Source: Lepidodermella squamata (lineage: Eukaryota > Animalia > Gastrotricha). Taken from it: a stretch of 64,000 nt of DNA. Of the stretch, positions 63,549 to 64,000 are shown in pieces. The position numbers were made by a program, and so were the translations under genes. Where the stretch lies: NCBI GenBank assembly GCA_047495785.1, contig JBLDXI010000003.1:868001-932000 (forward strand), in the 5' to 3' direction. Below the pieces are notes generated by a model, which was not told the origin of the DNA, ran no database searches, and was given only the letters and a program-made list of their open reading frames with translations. Numbering within the stretch: the first letter of the stretch is position 1; every line of letters begins with the position of its first letter.

Positions 63549-64000
63549 GTTGCTTTCAAGTAGAATGGTGCTGATGGCTACTTGAACTGTTTTTATAACA
63601 CGATTGAAATTTCAGTAAAATTCCAGCCATGATGAGGTACAGGCTCAATTATGTGCGTAGTCACGTCATCCTGTAACAGACGATTAACTATGAACAGGAT
63701 ATCACTATAAACAGGAGTCATTTAACAGGCGTGCGATCACTGACACTACCGATCTGTGGACAACAGGCAATTTGAGTCCCCAATTTTAGATTTTCATCAT
63801 GTCAATTTTCCGATGTTCATCAATCATCAATCATCTAATTATGCAGCAGAAAGTAAATAATCGAATAATATGTCTGTGTTAACCCTTTCATGGCGGAATT
63901 ATTTATCTGCGGTAGAAAAAATATTTGACAGCAGTTTTGGGGGTTTTCAAAGGCCCTGATCACGATTTTGAAATCCGTTTGTCTTTATCTATCACCGTTA

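Noticed and set aside
1-64000. tRNA/rRNA genes and species identification
   Set aside because: I recognised no RNA genes by eye, and the sequence supports only an invertebrate with motile cilia and short introns.

Overview
This is eukaryotic, almost certainly animal (invertebrate) genomic DNA: genes have GT-AG introns, many of 48-56 nt, and there is no prokaryotic operon, CRISPR or rRNA/tRNA signal. In order, the window holds: (1) the 3' exons of a CFAP54-like ciliary gene; (2) an intact GABA-B-like class C GPCR, followed by a ~15-kb patchwork of segmental duplications carrying GPCR 3' fragments, TTAGGG-like tracts and a tandem family of secreted, probably GPI-anchored PQQ/BamB-type beta-propeller genes (1 intact, 2 disrupted, 2 fragments); (3) ~8 kb of non-coding DNA and an LRR transmembrane gene; (4) a secreted Sushi + 8-ankyrin protein; (5) a small Asp-rich DxDxDG-repeat protein ending KEEL, missed by the ORF track; and (6) a 24-kb array of 10 paralogues of a small secreted precursor family I do not recognise (signal peptide, helical pro-region, basic site, then KC-x9-C-xxQxxFYxWA). 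One paralogue is split by a 4.8-kb Mutator-like element with a 9-bp TSD, whose gene carries a 2A/StopGo-like GNVEMNPGP motif and a Ulp1 protease domain. A LINE relic, further MULE/CACTA-like relics and several MITEs are also present. Gene models were spliced by hand and family names come from motif recall, not database searches.
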